Below, one piece after another: positions 50,762 through 61,499 of a stretch of 64,000 nt of DNA (position 1 is its first letter; every line of letters begins with the position of its first letter). Made by a program: the position numbers and the translations under genes. Source of the DNA: Thermoplasmata archaeon (GTDB taxonomy: Archaea; Thermoplasmatota; Thermoplasmata; Thermoplasmatales; GCA-001856825). The DNA is taken from assembly GCA_049965815.1 (NCBI GenBank), contig JBMFVV010000005.1, forward strand, positions 7,315 through 71,314. The letters run 5' to 3'. The notes beneath the pieces were generated by a model. The model worked only from the letters and a program-made list of their open reading frames with translations. It searched no databases and was not told the origin of the DNA.

Positions 50762-52393
50762 ATGCGTTATGTAGTCGTTACGGGGGGGGTTATTTCTGGG
50801 ATTGGGAAGGGAACAATAACGTCCTCACTGGCATACATCTTAAGGGAAAGAAATTACAAGGTTGACATTGTCAAGATAGACCCATACATCAACTACGATG
50901 CGGGTACTATGAACCCATACCAGCACGGAGAAGTTTTTGTGCTGAGCGATGGAACGGAAACAGACCTTGATCTTGGTAATTATGAAAGGTTCCTCAGCAG
51001 GAATCTTAAGAGCGGAAATAACCTCACCACTGGAAAGGTTTACAAATGGGTCATAGAGAAGGAAAGGAGGGGAGACTTTCTTGGAAGCACTGTCCAGATC
51101 ATCCCTCATGTCACTGATGAGATCAAGAGGAGGATCAGGTCCATCGGGCTTGAGGACAATTCCGACATAGTCCTGATAGAGGTTGGAGGTGTGGTGGGTG
51201 ATATCGAATCTATGCCCTTCCTTGAGGCACTTCGCCAGATGAGACTCGAGGAAGATGGAAAGATATTCTTTATTCATGTTACATATGTGCCAACGCTCAG
51301 GAGCGTAGGTGAGCCGAAGACAAAACCCACACAGCACAGTGTCAAAGAATTGAGGTCAATCGGTATACAGCCAGATGCGATCATAGCAAGAAGCGAAACT
51401 GAGCTCGATAGGGATCTAAAGGAGAAGATAGCTCTGTTCACCCAGGTTGATGAAAAGGCTGTTATCAGCGTGCCTGATGTGGGAGACATTTTCACTATGC
51501 CGTTGTTGTTGAACGACACCGTTCTTCCAAATTATATCCTGGAAAAGATGGGACTGAAACCTAACGAGTCGAAGATGGAGTTCTGGAGAGGTATAGTGGC
51601 AAACATCAAAAAACCGTCACACTACGTCACTATAGGCGTTGTTGGAAAATATGTACAGATAAAGGATTCGTATATTTCCAATGAACACTCATTCATGCAC
51701 GTGACTGGAAAGACAGGAATAGGTGTCAAGCTGAAATGGATCAATTCAGAGAAGGAGGAACACATAGAAGAAATGCTGGGCGATGTGGATGGCGTCCTCA
51801 TTCCCTGGGGTTATGGGCCGAGGGGAACAGAGGGAAAGATCAGGGCAATCAAATTCGCGAGAGAAAATAATGTCCCCCTACTTGGCATATGCTTCGGATT
51901 TCAACTGACTGTAGTGGAGTTTGCAAGAAATGTTCTCGGGATGGAAGGGGCCAATTCGAGTGAGCTGAATCCTGATACAAAATATCCTGTCATAGACCTT
52001 TTGCCGGAACAGGTTGGACTCACTGACAAAGGAGGAACGATGAGGCTTGGTGACACGAAAGTTATCATAAAGAAGGGCACTAAGGCTTATGAGCTCTACG
52101 GAAAGGAAGAGGTTTACGAAAGGCACAGGCACAGATATGAAGTCAACCCGAAATATATAGACTCTTTCGAGAAAAATGGAATGCATTTTTCTGCGACAGA
52201 TGAAAGTGGCACTAGGATGGAAATCCTTGAATTGGAAGGACATCCATTCTTCATGGGCTCCCAGTTCCATGCAGAGTTTATAAGTAGACCAGAGAAACCC
52301 TCAATATTGCACGAGGCACTCGTGCTCGCAGCGTCTAAATATAATAACATTCGCAGAAAGAAATTTATAGAACAGGAAAAATTTGCGAAATAG
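50762..52393 (+). CDS. pyrG: CTP synthase
   Basis: I trimmed the start to the ATG at 50762 (MRYVVVTGGVISGIGKG). The glutamine amidotransferase Cys is in LLGICFGFQ. Confidence 0.95.
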   Translation: MRYVVVTGGVISGIGKGTITSSLAYILRERNYKVDIVKIDPYINYDAGTMNPYQHGEVFVLSDGTETDLDLGNYERFLSRNLKSGNNLTTGKVYKWVIEKERRGDFLGSTVQIIPHVTDEIKRRIRSIGLEDNSDIVLIEVGGVVGDIESMPFLEALRQMRLEEDGKIFFIHVTYVPTLRSVGEPKTKPTQHSVKELRSIGIQPDAIIARSETELDRDLKEKIALFTQVDEKAVISVPDVGDIFTMPLLLNDTVLPNYILEKMGLKPNESKMEFWRGIVANIKKPSHYVTIGVVGKYVQIKDSYISNEHSFMHVTGKTGIGVKLKWINSEKEEHIEEMLGDVDGVLIPWGYGPRGTEGKIRAIKFARENNVPLLGICFGFQLTVVEFARNVLGMEGANSSELNPDTKYPVIDLLPEQVGLTDKGGTMRLGDTKVIIKKGTKAYELYGKEEVYERHRHRYEVNPKYIDSFEKNGMHFSATDESGTRMEILELEGHPFFMGSQFHAEFISRPEKPSILHEALVLAASKYNNIRRKKFIEQEKFAK

Positions 52394-52423
52394 TTAAATA
52401 CCGAAAGGATATATTAGTGGCCT

Positions 52424-52639
52424 ATGCCTAATTCTCTCAAAAAAGTAGGTAATGTTCTAGGAGTGAGGGAAGGAAAGTTGATTGCAAAGTTGGATAGGGA
52501 GGTTCAGTTATCGACCAGAATATTTGGAAAGGACGGAAAACCTCTGGGCAAGATATCTAGACTGTTTGGCCCTGTAAAAGCCCCCTATATAGCCATAGAT
52601 TCCAAGGGAGTAATGGCAAAGGAAGTATACGTGAGGTGA
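52424..52639 (+). CDS. gar1: H/ACA ribonucleoprotein complex subunit Gar1
   Basis: 71 aa with a Gar1-type barrel ([42 protein letters not shown]). It is in the conserved position upstream of tfb. Confidence 0.8.
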   Translation: MPNSLKKVGNVLGVREGKLIAKLDREVQLSTRIFGKDGKPLGKISRLFGPVKAPYIAIDSKGVMAKEVYVR

Positions 52640-52643
52640 AAGA

Positions 52644-53594
52644 ATGGTGGAAGGAGAAAGTAAAAAGAGTAAGAAAGACCTATTCGAGGAAGTAACCAAG
52701 TGCCCAGAGTGTGGTTCCACTCACCTAGTCAGGGACTACGAGAGGGGGGAACTAGTTTGCCAAGACTGTGGACTTGTCATTGATGACAGTTTCATCGATC
52801 AGGGACCAGACTGGAGGGCTTTTGATTCAGAGCAATCGGAGGCAAGGGCAAGGACAGGAGCACCAATGACATACACTATCCACGACAAAGGACTGAGCAC
52901 GGAGATATCGTGGAAGAACAAGGATTCCTACGGAAAGAGTATCCCTACTAAGAGCAGAGCGCAACTTTACAGACTCAGGAAGTGGCAGAGAAGGATCAAG
53001 GTTTCCAACGCAGCAGAAAGGAACTTGGCCCAGGCGCTGCAGGAACTTGAAAGAATGGCGTCAAATCTTAGTCTGCCAAAGGATGTAAGGGAAACCGCGG
53101 CAGTCATATATAGGCGGGCAGTAAAAGAAAACATGATAAGGGGCAGATCGATAGAGGGAGTAGTAGCTGGATCAATATACGGAGCTTGCAGACAGATGGG
53201 GGTCCCGAGAACTCTTGAAGAGATTGCTTCTGTGACTAGAATAAAGAAGAAGGAAATAGGAAGGACGTACAGGATGATGAGCAGGATCCTACAGCTTGGT
53301 ATTTTCCCGTCAAGGCCAGAAGACTACATAAATAGGTTCTGCAATAGACTCAGGCTTTCAAACGACGCTAAGAAAAAGGCAATGGAGATACTTAAACTGG
53401 CTGAAAACAGGGATCTGACTTCTGGTAGGGGACCGACTGGAGTCGCGGCTGCTGCAATATACATTGCGAGTATTTCATTGAACGAGAGAAGAACTCAGAG
53501 AGAAGTAGCTGAAGTAGCAGGAGTTACAGAAGTCACGATAAGAAACAGGTACAAGGAACTCACAGAAAAGCTCGGAATAAATGTCGAGGTCTAA
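52644..53594 (+). CDS. tfb: Transcription initiation factor IIB (TFB)
   Basis: N-terminal zinc ribbon CPECGS...CQDCG, a B-linker and two cyclin-fold repeats. Confidence 0.95.
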   Translation: MVEGESKKSKKDLFEEVTKCPECGSTHLVRDYERGELVCQDCGLVIDDSFIDQGPDWRAFDSEQSEARARTGAPMTYTIHDKGLSTEISWKNKDSYGKSIPTKSRAQLYRLRKWQRRIKVSNAAERNLAQALQELERMASNLSLPKDVRETAAVIYRRAVKENMIRGRSIEGVVAGSIYGACRQMGVPRTLEEIASVTRIKKKEIGRTYRMMSRILQLGIFPSRPEDYINRFCNRLRLSNDAKKKAMEILKLAENRDLTSGRGPTGVAAAAIYIASISLNERRTQREVAEVAGVTEVTIRNRYKELTEKLGINVEV

Positions 53595-53631
53595 CCGATA
53601 ATTTTTATATTTTCTTAACCTATACCGCCTG

Positions 53632-53705
53632 GGGCCCGTAGCTCAGCTCGGTAGAGCATCTGGCTTTTAACCAGGTGGTCGTGGGTTCGATTCCCACTGG
53701 GCCCG
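53632..53705 (+). tRNA. tRNA-Lys (UUU)
   Basis: Hand fold: acceptor GGGCCCG/TGGGCCC, D-arm GCTC..GAGC, anticodon stem TCTGG/CCAGG, loop CTTTTAA, T-arm GTGGG-TTCGATT-CCCAC. Confidence 0.9.
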
Positions 53706-53805
53706 TCTTTGCTCATAAGCAAATCCTGATTTCAACGCTCATTGGCTATCAATATAAATCAGTACATTGCTTGAGTCAAAGCAAGTTCCAATCAGCTTCA
53801 GAGAT

Positions 53806-54549
53806 TTACTGTACCGCACTTTCTTTTATTTTTTCGGTGCTACTTGCGCCTATTCTGAATTTTCTAGGATTTGGTTCTTTCCCCGAAGCTTGCAGCAGAC
53901 TTACCGCATTGGCATACGTGTGAATTCCACCCGCAGCTTTTATTCCGATGTCCGGATTATACTTAGCCGAGTACTCTGCCATCAGTCTTACGTTTTCGAC
54001 CTGTGCACCTGTCTTGTTTCCTAACGATGATGCATATTCTTTATCCTCGAACCCTGTACCTGTCTTTATGAAGTCGGCCCCAGACTCCATTACAATCTTA
54101 TAAAGTTCCTTCTTTTCATCAAGCATTGTATATGCGTCCTCGACAATTATCTTGATCAATCTATTGTTACTGTGAGCAGCACTAACTACTCTTCTCAGAT
54201 CCTCTTTCACGACGTCAAACCGTTTTGATTTTACAAATCCAATTTGCACGACTATATCCAACTCTTCTGCCATTTTTGAATACTCATTTATCATCATGAC
54301 CCTTGATTCAGTAGTTCCTCCTCCAAATGGGAAGTCCACTACAACTGCAATTTTAACGTCTAGTTTATTTGAATCAATGATTTCTCTAGATAATTTTAGG
54401 TAGCTAGGTTCAATGCATACGGAATATGTACCGAACTTAACGGCTTCTTCTATTAATTCCCGTATACCTTCTTCTGTCTCAAACGGCTTTAGTTTTGTAT
54501 GGTCTATCAGGCCCAGGATTTTCTGAACACTTATAGATTTTTCACTCAT
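53806..54549 (-). CDS. deoC: Deoxyribose-phosphate aldolase
   Basis: LIDHTKLKP, VVDFPFGGG, IKTGTGF and IKAAGGI motifs. I chose the start at the ATG (54549) preceded by AAGGAGGGAG; the track ORF extends to 54591. Confidence 0.8.
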   Translation of the reverse strand: MSEKSISVQKILGLIDHTKLKPFETEEGIRELIEEAVKFGTYSVCIEPSYLKLSREIIDSNKLDVKIAVVVDFPFGGGTTESRVMMINEYSKMAEELDIVVQIGFVKSKRFDVVKEDLRRVVSAAHSNNRLIKIIVEDAYTMLDEKKELYKIVMESGADFIKTGTGFEDKEYASSLGNKTGAQVENVRLMAEYSAKYNPDIGIKAAGGIHTYANAVSLLQASGKEPNPRKFRIGASSTEKIKESAVQ

Positions 54550-54816
54550 CTGCGACTCCCTCCTTAGATAGTATTGTGTTGCATTATTCATTCTTTTCTT
54601 AATATTTCCCTGTATTCATAATTTTGATTTCACTCCTTCATAATTTGTACCACTGGAATAGTGGCATTTTTCAAGTAACACAAAAATTTTCTGATAGAAA
54701 CTGTCTTGTGGGAAAATTGCAATAAATATCTGTAACTATCGCAAAGCGCAAAGGGTAAACATTAAAGACAGAAAAATGTCTTCTTAGAGGTAGATATAGC
54801 GCAGTATATCCAAAAA

Positions 54817-56286
54817 ATGGCGAAACATTATTATACTATTCGGGAGTTGATTTTTATGGCTGAAAAGCAGCCTGAAACTTATACAACAGATTCCTTGCCC
54901 AGACTCGACAGACTGCCATGGAGTTCTTGGCATCTGAAGATGCTTTTAATTCTGGGTGGAGGGATGCTTTTTGAAGGATTTACTTTGGGACTGGGAGGAG
55001 GTACAGTCAGCTCGATTGCGAAAGTTCTGGACTTGACCACAATTGAAGGGTCAATTGGAGCCACTTCTGCATTTCTTGTAGGAGAATTAGTGGGAGCCAT
55101 TTACCTTGGGAATTTATCGGACAGGATCGGGAGGAGGCCTCTCTTCATTGCAAGCATGGCCATAATTTTAGCAGGTGCATTGTTGACAATCCTATCTTTC
55201 AATTTTATATCATTTGCCTTCTTCAGGGCTATCACAGGGTTCGGTGTAGGAGGGGAATTTGGTGCCACTATCGCAGCGCTGCAGGAGTTCATGCCATCGA
55301 GGACAAGAGGCTTTTACACTGGAACTGGAAATGCAGTCCTGTATGACCTTGGTGGCGTTGTTGCCTCCCTAGTGGCATACGTAGCCATTAGCGCTCTTCC
55401 GATTAATGTTGGCTGGAGGGTGGCGTTTGCTACAGCTGCCATCCTTGCCGCAATTATACTGATTGCAAGGTTTGGACTACCAGAGTCTCCAAGATTTCTG
55501 GTCACTCACGGGAAAGCATCAGAGGCAGAAAAGATTGTCTCAGGTGTCGAATCCAGAATAGAGAAATCACACAATATCAAACTTAAACCAGTTGAACCGA
55601 TTGCAGTGACAGCGGCCGGAAGTACAAGGGAAAGATTCGGAAAACTGTTTGGGAAATACAAAAAGCGTTTAACGCTCGCCTGGATTCTTAATTTCACGGA
55701 GACCTGGCCCTACTACGCCGCATTCGGTGTCCTACCGTTTATTTTTACCAAGGTCTTCAAATATCCTGGGGCACATGTGGGGCTATTGCTTGCAGTAATT
55801 ACTGTAGGCGGTGTGGTGGGTGTTTTCGCTATGTCATATCTTCTCGACACGCTTGGAAGAAGACCCGTTATAACACTTTCTTATGGAATTGCAGGAATAA
55901 TGTGGGTAATAGTAGGAGTAATATACAGCTTTGTGCCATTCTACGGTTTTATAGGGCTCTTAGTAATTGTCTATTTCTTCACATACTCGGCAGCAGGTAT
56001 ACTGTATGTTCAGATTGGGGAGATGTTTCCGACCGAGTCGAGGAGTTCAGGTCTTGGTACGGCAATTGGATTCGGAAGGCTTGGTGGAATCATAGGCTCT
56101 CCATTACTTCTGCTCCTGCTTCCGAAGGTTCCTGGTACATTCAATCTTCTTCCCATATTCCTAATCACAGGCGTTGTAATGCTCATTGGCGCAGTATCAG
56201 AAATCGTGCTTGGTCCTGAGATGAAGAAGAAGAGTCTCGAGGAGGCATCTGCACTGGAACCTGGGAAAAGGTCAACTGAAAAGTGA
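54817..56286 (+). CDS. MFS transporter (sugar/metabolite porter-like)
   Basis: 489 aa, 12 TM segments, with GNLSDRIGRRPL and PESPRFL motifs typical of sugar-porter-type MFS proteins. Confidence 0.8.
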   Translation: MAKHYYTIRELIFMAEKQPETYTTDSLPRLDRLPWSSWHLKMLLILGGGMLFEGFTLGLGGGTVSSIAKVLDLTTIEGSIGATSAFLVGELVGAIYLGNLSDRIGRRPLFIASMAIILAGALLTILSFNFISFAFFRAITGFGVGGEFGATIAALQEFMPSRTRGFYTGTGNAVLYDLGGVVASLVAYVAISALPINVGWRVAFATAAILAAIILIARFGLPESPRFLVTHGKASEAEKIVSGVESRIEKSHNIKLKPVEPIAVTAAGSTRERFGKLFGKYKKRLTLAWILNFTETWPYYAAFGVLPFIFTKVFKYPGAHVGLLLAVITVGGVVGVFAMSYLLDTLGRRPVITLSYGIAGIMWVIVGVIYSFVPFYGFIGLLVIVYFFTYSAAGILYVQIGEMFPTESRSSGLGTAIGFGRLGGIIGSPLLLLLLPKVPGTFNLLPIFLITGVVMLIGAVSEIVLGPEMKKKSLEEASALEPGKRSTEK

Positions 56287-56432
56287 ACCTAATTATGGAA
56301 TGAGAAAAGACTTTCCATTCCAAATTTTTTATTTTATTTCTCCGAAATTCGCATCCTTAGAGCGCTTCATTAATGATAGCATTAATAAAATGTCGTAGCT
56401 AATTTTATTATAATCAAGCGAAATAAGCATTC

Positions 56433-57314
56433 ATGCGGTCAAATCTGCATGGAGCGTTTGCAGAGATTTTCTTTGCTCTTAACGATGATGGGTTCCCCAA
56501 TATTCAGAAAACTAAGGACCATGTTAGATACCTCCTTGACAATGATGTTAAGGGTCTTTTTGTGGGCGGAGTCGCAGCTGAGGGATTTACTTTCACAGTA
56601 GAAGAACGTTTGAATTGGTTAAAGGCCACTGTCGACGAGGCAAATGGCAAGGCGCCCGTTATGTTTAACATATCATCCATAAATATCAACGAGGTGGTCG
56701 AAACGGCTAGGAAGGCCGTAGACATTGGATCAGACATGATATCCATTACACAACCCACCCCTGTATTGTTCGGGGAAAACGAGATAATGCAATATTATAA
56801 GGAAATTTCAGATAGAGTAGAAGCCCCGATCATGCTTTATAATGAATCGGCCATCGGGAATCCTTTGAAGATTGATCTTGTTAAGAGGATTTTCTCTTCG
56901 TTTGAAAATTTCAAATACTACAAGGACAGCACGCATAACCTGATAGACTTACATTCGTTACTGTCCATTGATAAACCTCCTCGTGTCCTCGCGGGAAGCG
57001 ATGGTCTGATCTATGACATTACGGTATCCGGGGGATGTGGAATTGTCTCATTGATCATAGACGTATTTCCTAAAATTATCATTGGAATAGTTGATTCATT
57101 GGAGAAGGGTAATCTTAAGAAAGCTCTTCAGCAGCAAAGGTTCATACTTCAGGTACGGTCTGTTCTCAAGGCAGGTGGGTTGACATCAGGCTATAGATAT
57201 GCTTCAGGTCTATTAGGCATAGAGTTGGGAAACCCAAGAATCCCTTATTCCACGCTTTCCAAGGAAAATGAAATTACAATAAAAAATGGACTCAAGAACC
57301 TTCGTCTCATCTAG
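56433..57314 (+). CDS. DapA/DHDPS-family class I aldolase (possible 2-keto-3-deoxy-sugar-acid aldolase)
   Basis: 293 aa with VKGLFVGGVAAEGFTFTVEER and a Schiff-base Lys candidate in FKYYKDS. The substrate cannot be told from sequence alone. Confidence 0.7.
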   Translation: MRSNLHGAFAEIFFALNDDGFPNIQKTKDHVRYLLDNDVKGLFVGGVAAEGFTFTVEERLNWLKATVDEANGKAPVMFNISSININEVVETARKAVDIGSDMISITQPTPVLFGENEIMQYYKEISDRVEAPIMLYNESAIGNPLKIDLVKRIFSSFENFKYYKDSTHNLIDLHSLLSIDKPPRVLAGSDGLIYDITVSGGCGIVSLIIDVFPKIIIGIVDSLEKGNLKKALQQQRFILQVRSVLKAGGLTSGYRYASGLLGIELGNPRIPYSTLSKENEITIKNGLKNLRLI

Positions 57315-57616
57315 CCATTCATCGCAGACCCTATGTCCGAGAAAGTCTTAGTCTCTCTATAAATCTGTAATTCAGTGACACAGTCATTAAGGTTTCCTTG
57401 GTTTTGTGGGTACTGCGTATAATGTGTGTTTGAGGGAGGCATAAAAAAAGAATTTAATTCTAAATCTCGTTAAAGTACCTCCGATCGCAACCGCACTGTC
57501 TCTGCACGATTAACGGAATGATAAACACTCACGCCTTAGGAGACACTTCAGTTATTTGATCAAAAAAATCAGTTGCGAAGCATGAATTTTTTCTATTTGA
57601 GTTCCCATGATGATTC

Positions 57617-57928
57617 GTGATAAGACTAACTGGCGATTTTGAGCTAGATGATAAACTTGTGATTAACATATTACTTCATTTACAAAGATACGGAGTAGAT
57701 TACGCAAAATCAATCGGTAAGGACCTCAATATGAACAAGAGGGATGTATGCAGGACCCTCAAGAAATTGCTTTCATACGGACTTATAGAAAAGAGGGTAG
57801 GAGGAATGATAAAGAGAAAAGAGGCAAAGCTCAAGAAAAGAGTAACTACGAAGCCACATCATTCATATTATGAACTTACAGAAAAGGGAAGGTCATTACT
57901 GAAACAAAGTTACCGCGAAAGGAGCTAA
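57617..57928 (+). CDS. Small winged-helix DNA-binding protein (putative transcriptional regulator)
   Basis: 103 aa. The wHTH-like core is YAKSIGKDLNMNKRDVCRTLKKLLSYGLIEK, with a basic C-terminus. GTG start, uncertain. Confidence 0.5.
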   Translation: MIRLTGDFELDDKLVINILLHLQRYGVDYAKSIGKDLNMNKRDVCRTLKKLLSYGLIEKRVGGMIKRKEAKLKKRVTTKPHHSYYELTEKGRSLLKQSYRERS

Positions 57929-58507
57929 CGCACGTTTACAAGTTACAAAAATATTCGATTAAGGTGCTTTAGTTTTAGGGTGTCCCATTTTTCTTCAAAA
58001 AATATCATATTCATGGATCAAAATGGCACATATTCTTTCCATATTCTCCCTCTGTCGGGAACAACTGCCTAGCCCTATATAAGGAATAATAGTGATCATT
58101 ATCATAATTGCAGTAGGGGGTGCGGTGTTTTCAATGAAGAGGAAGAAGAATTGAAACCTACAGTAGAGATATTTTATCATTCGTAATGCGTGAGACTATT
58201 TCAAGAGGGGTACTAACTGCGGGACTAAATGCCGCACATATCTGGTAGAGTTTACTGCTAACTTGGTCCTAAGATGTCATTACACATTTTGAAGAAGTGA
58301 CACCAATTTGCGCTAGCCCTTGAGCCATATGGCACATTATGTAGTGATATTTGTAGTATATTCATTGCTCATTGAATGTATTGGAAAACAAGAAAAATGG
58401 CTGGAGATGATGAGTTCGTAGTAATAAAGGAAGCTATGATAGGCTTGAATTCTTTTGAATAACCCTCTCCGCATGGTTCAAATTTTCAGCATACCAACTG
58501 ACAAAAT

Positions 58508-60379
58508 TTAAACATTTACCCAGTCAAGGTTCAATTCCTTTAATTTTTCCTTCGTAGGTATTCCTTTCTCATCCCAACCCCTTGCCTCATAGTATTCATC
58601 GAGCATAAAGTCGAAATCTTTTATTGTACACTCATCCACATTAGAATATTTCCCGAATTCAGGTTTACTTAGTACCCTCTTTGGTAGAGTATCATCCTTT
58701 CTCGTTATGCCCTCCCTTACGTTGTACAATCTTTGTATGTTGTATCCTCTCTCCCCTATCTCTAAAAGTTCTTTACCATCTACATTCCACCCGGTGAGTA
58801 ATGATAACTCTTTTGCTAAATCATCAGGGGTGAGACCTGCATATATGTAAAATTTGCACATTCCGATCATATCTGGGATTATGCCGTAATCGTGAAGTAT
58901 CTTTGATGAGATACCCTTGCCTTTCTCATCATACCTGTCTACCTGGTTGGGGTCCTTGAGCCCGTAAGGAATAAGGCCAAAATCTATCTTATAAGCGTCA
59001 TATGCCATTCCTTCTACCGGATGAATATGACTCATACCAACGTTAGACGCTGCGTATGTCAGTGCAAGCGCCTTACCTGATCTTGGATCATGTGCTGCTC
59101 CTTCCAGACCTTTGACGTGTATTGCGAGTTCCTCTGCTTCTTTCCCAAACTTTTTCGATGCCTTCAATACTCCATCCGCTAGTACGTTGCCTAGACCATT
59201 TCTGAATGTTATGTCCTTCAGAAGGCCCATTGTCATGTCCATATCCGCCCAATTCAACTCTTTTCCAGTCTTATCCTCCTTTACAAGCCCCTTATCGTAA
59301 CAGTCCATTACAAATGCCAGGACTGATCCAGCAGAAATGGTGTCAAGACCGTATTCGTTGCATAGATATGTGGCATGAACTGCTGCATCTATATCTTCGT
59401 TTAATATGAATGCTGTGAATGCAGATATGGATTCATATTCTGCTCCTCCATGAGTGGGCGTTTTCCATTTGTCAGAATCTGATTTAACCACCCTTTTGCA
59501 TTGTAAAATGCAACCCTTATAACAAGGGGCACCAGAAATTAGATTATTCGCTTTAAACTTGCTGTAAATCTCTTGACCCTTACCCCATGAATTCGATCTC
59601 CAGTTTTTTGTAGGCCAGTCCCCCGCATTATCACATTTCGCAAGGTCCCCCGTTGTGCCATCTTCCTTCATGCCCAGGTTTCCTGGTATACTCAGCAGTT
59701 TCTTCGCCAAATCCCTAGCTGTCTTGGTAAATTCTTCCCTGTTGAATATTTCGATCCTTTTCTTCCCTCTTACTGCTATTGCATAGAGGTTTTTTGAACC
59801 CATTACGGCTCCACCGCCCGACCTACCAGCTGCTCTATCTCCATCAAACATTATTACCGAAAACAGAACCAGGTTCTCTCCCGCAGGGCCCACGCACGCT
59901 ATCTCATAATCCTTGCCTTCCTTTTCCTTCAGATATTTGTTCTTTTCACTTGTTGAAAGCCCTTTTATTTCACTGGCATCTTTGATTTGTATATTATCCT
60001 CGTCAATCGAAATATAAACTGGGGCTTTGGCTTTGCCTTCAACAATTAGAATATCATACCCGGCCCTTTTAAGTAATGTACCAAAATCACTTCCAGCTCT
60101 AGAATCTGCAAATATCCCCGTTGAAGGTGATTTGAACGAAACGTTTATGCTCCCCGACCCCGGGGCAGACGTTCCCACGAATGGACCTGTTGCAAATATG
60201 AGCTTATTTTGCTCTGAAAAGGGGTCTGCGCCCTTTGGAATCTCTTCTATCATTATCTTTGCTGCAAGTGCTGAGCCCCCCAGGAAATTCCGAGCATCGC
60301 TCTCTCTTAATTGTTCTTTTTTAATTCCTCCATTTGATAAATTTATCCTCAAAATATTCCCTGCATACCCGTAGATCAT
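58508..60379 (-). CDS. Aldehyde:ferredoxin oxidoreductase family (tungstopterin) enzyme
   Basis: 623 aa. The N-terminus GYAGNILRINLSNG is typical of AOR, and there is a Cys cluster region PCYKGCILQC. Family resemblance holds along the full length. Confidence 0.9.
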   Translation of the reverse strand: MIYGYAGNILRINLSNGGIKKEQLRESDARNFLGGSALAAKIMIEEIPKGADPFSEQNKLIFATGPFVGTSAPGSGSINVSFKSPSTGIFADSRAGSDFGTLLKRAGYDILIVEGKAKAPVYISIDEDNIQIKDASEIKGLSTSEKNKYLKEKEGKDYEIACVGPAGENLVLFSVIMFDGDRAAGRSGGGAVMGSKNLYAIAVRGKKRIEIFNREEFTKTARDLAKKLLSIPGNLGMKEDGTTGDLAKCDNAGDWPTKNWRSNSWGKGQEIYSKFKANNLISGAPCYKGCILQCKRVVKSDSDKWKTPTHGGAEYESISAFTAFILNEDIDAAVHATYLCNEYGLDTISAGSVLAFVMDCYDKGLVKEDKTGKELNWADMDMTMGLLKDITFRNGLGNVLADGVLKASKKFGKEAEELAIHVKGLEGAAHDPRSGKALALTYAASNVGMSHIHPVEGMAYDAYKIDFGLIPYGLKDPNQVDRYDEKGKGISSKILHDYGIIPDMIGMCKFYIYAGLTPDDLAKELSLLTGWNVDGKELLEIGERGYNIQRLYNVREGITRKDDTLPKRVLSKPEFGKYSNVDECTIKDFDFMLDEYYEARGWDEKGIPTKEKLKELNLDWVNV

Positions 60380-60862
60380 ATTTACTCACTTATTTAGTTT
60401 CTACGACTTAAAAATCTTTTCTTTTGCTACCGATGCTGTTGAAACCATTTATGGTTAGGCTTTACGAATCTTACGGAGACGTTGAGGGCTTTATTATCGA
60501 TAGCAAAGAAGAGTGCAGGGTTGTAAGGGATAACATTGATTTTCCGTAAAATTAAAACAGTCCTCTTAGTACACCTATATTCTCAAGCAAGAATTGTTCA
60601 ATCTCAATGGAAACTGAGCAATTCGGTCTAAATATGCAGCAACTGTCAATCAGAAGAATTTTCGGATTTTTCCAAAAGTTAAGACCACCATTAAAAACTT
60701 GATCATTCTACAATCCTAAACAGAGAATTCACTGCTAGGAGGTCTCATAATACATGGATGAAACCCATAGCGGCACCTATCCTTTTTCATTGTGGCATTA
60801 AAGGCCTGATAACTGCAAAATTATTAAAAAGGAAGGAAAGCGATAGGCTTGAAAGTAACGGT

Positions 60863-61399
60863 TCAAACCTTTAATATCGTGAAACCAATTACGGCAGCTC
60901 CACTTGATGTCTCTGCTACTATTTCTACAAGGTATGGATATATCTGATCTTTTAGAGGATCTGAAACATTCATCGCATCAAATTGAGACGAGTTTATGTA
61001 TAGTGTAACACCGAAAGTGCTATTCTCACCAGGGGTCACGTTCAAAATTCTGTAATTGTAAGGATAAAGTGTCTTGTTGAGATAAGTAAGGTTTACCAGA
61101 GAAAGGAGATGTACTCCATCAACCGTAGGCAGTGAAGACACATTAGATGGAGAGATATCAAAGAGGTAAAGATTAGGAAGTTTTGACGTTATACTTAGAT
61201 TGAAGTTTATGGTTACATTTTGGTTTGAAATTGGTATTGAAGTATCATTTATGGGAGAATACAGTACCACCTGAGTTTTATCAGAAGACACTGTTGAAGT
61301 GAGAGTTGTGGAACTATGATCAATAGTCTCTAAGGTAATAGTGCTGAATATAATTAGAACGATGACTGCAATGATTACAGATACCTTTCTTGACATCAT
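60863..61399 (-). CDS. Hypothetical N-terminally anchored extracellular protein, rich in N-glycosylation sequons
   Basis: 178 aa with one N-terminal TM helix (VSVIIAVIVLIIFSTI). I counted 10 N-X-S/T sequons by hand. Confidence 0.5.
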   Translation of the reverse strand: MMSRKVSVIIAVIVLIIFSTITLETIDHSSTTLTSTVSSDKTQVVLYSPINDTSIPISNQNVTINFNLSITSKLPNLYLFDISPSNVSSLPTVDGVHLLSLVNLTYLNKTLYPYNYRILNVTPGENSTFGVTLYINSSQFDAMNVSDPLKDQIYPYLVEIVAETSSGAAVIGFTILKV

Positions 61400-61499
61400 T
61401 ACTTCTTCCTTCCCAGATGGTAAGGCGTTATAAAAATATTGCTTGGTAGTTAGTAATTAATTAACTATTAATAGAGAAATTAAATCACCTGAAGATCAA

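Noticed and set aside
53767-53784. 6-bp hairpin TTGCTT-GAGTCA-AAGCAA between the convergent tRNA-Lys and deoC genes, as a possible bidirectional terminator.
   Set aside because: Archaeal termination relies mainly on oligo-T tracts, and a 6-bp stem is not distinctive. I noted it but do not report it as a feature.
57995-58180. 61-aa minus-strand ORF, and a short plus-strand ORF ending in a hydrophobic stretch plus KRKKN.
   Set aside because: No family resemblance, no supporting context and an AT-rich intergenic setting. There is not enough evidence to call either one.
58395-58475. C/D-box sRNA-like strings (ATGATGA ... TATGATA ...) between the AOR gene and 58180, and a similar ATGATGA at 57607.
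   Set aside because: No CTGA D box sits at the right spacing, and no terminal stem is present. The 57607 copy overlaps the likely start region of the wHTH gene. This is insufficient for a call.
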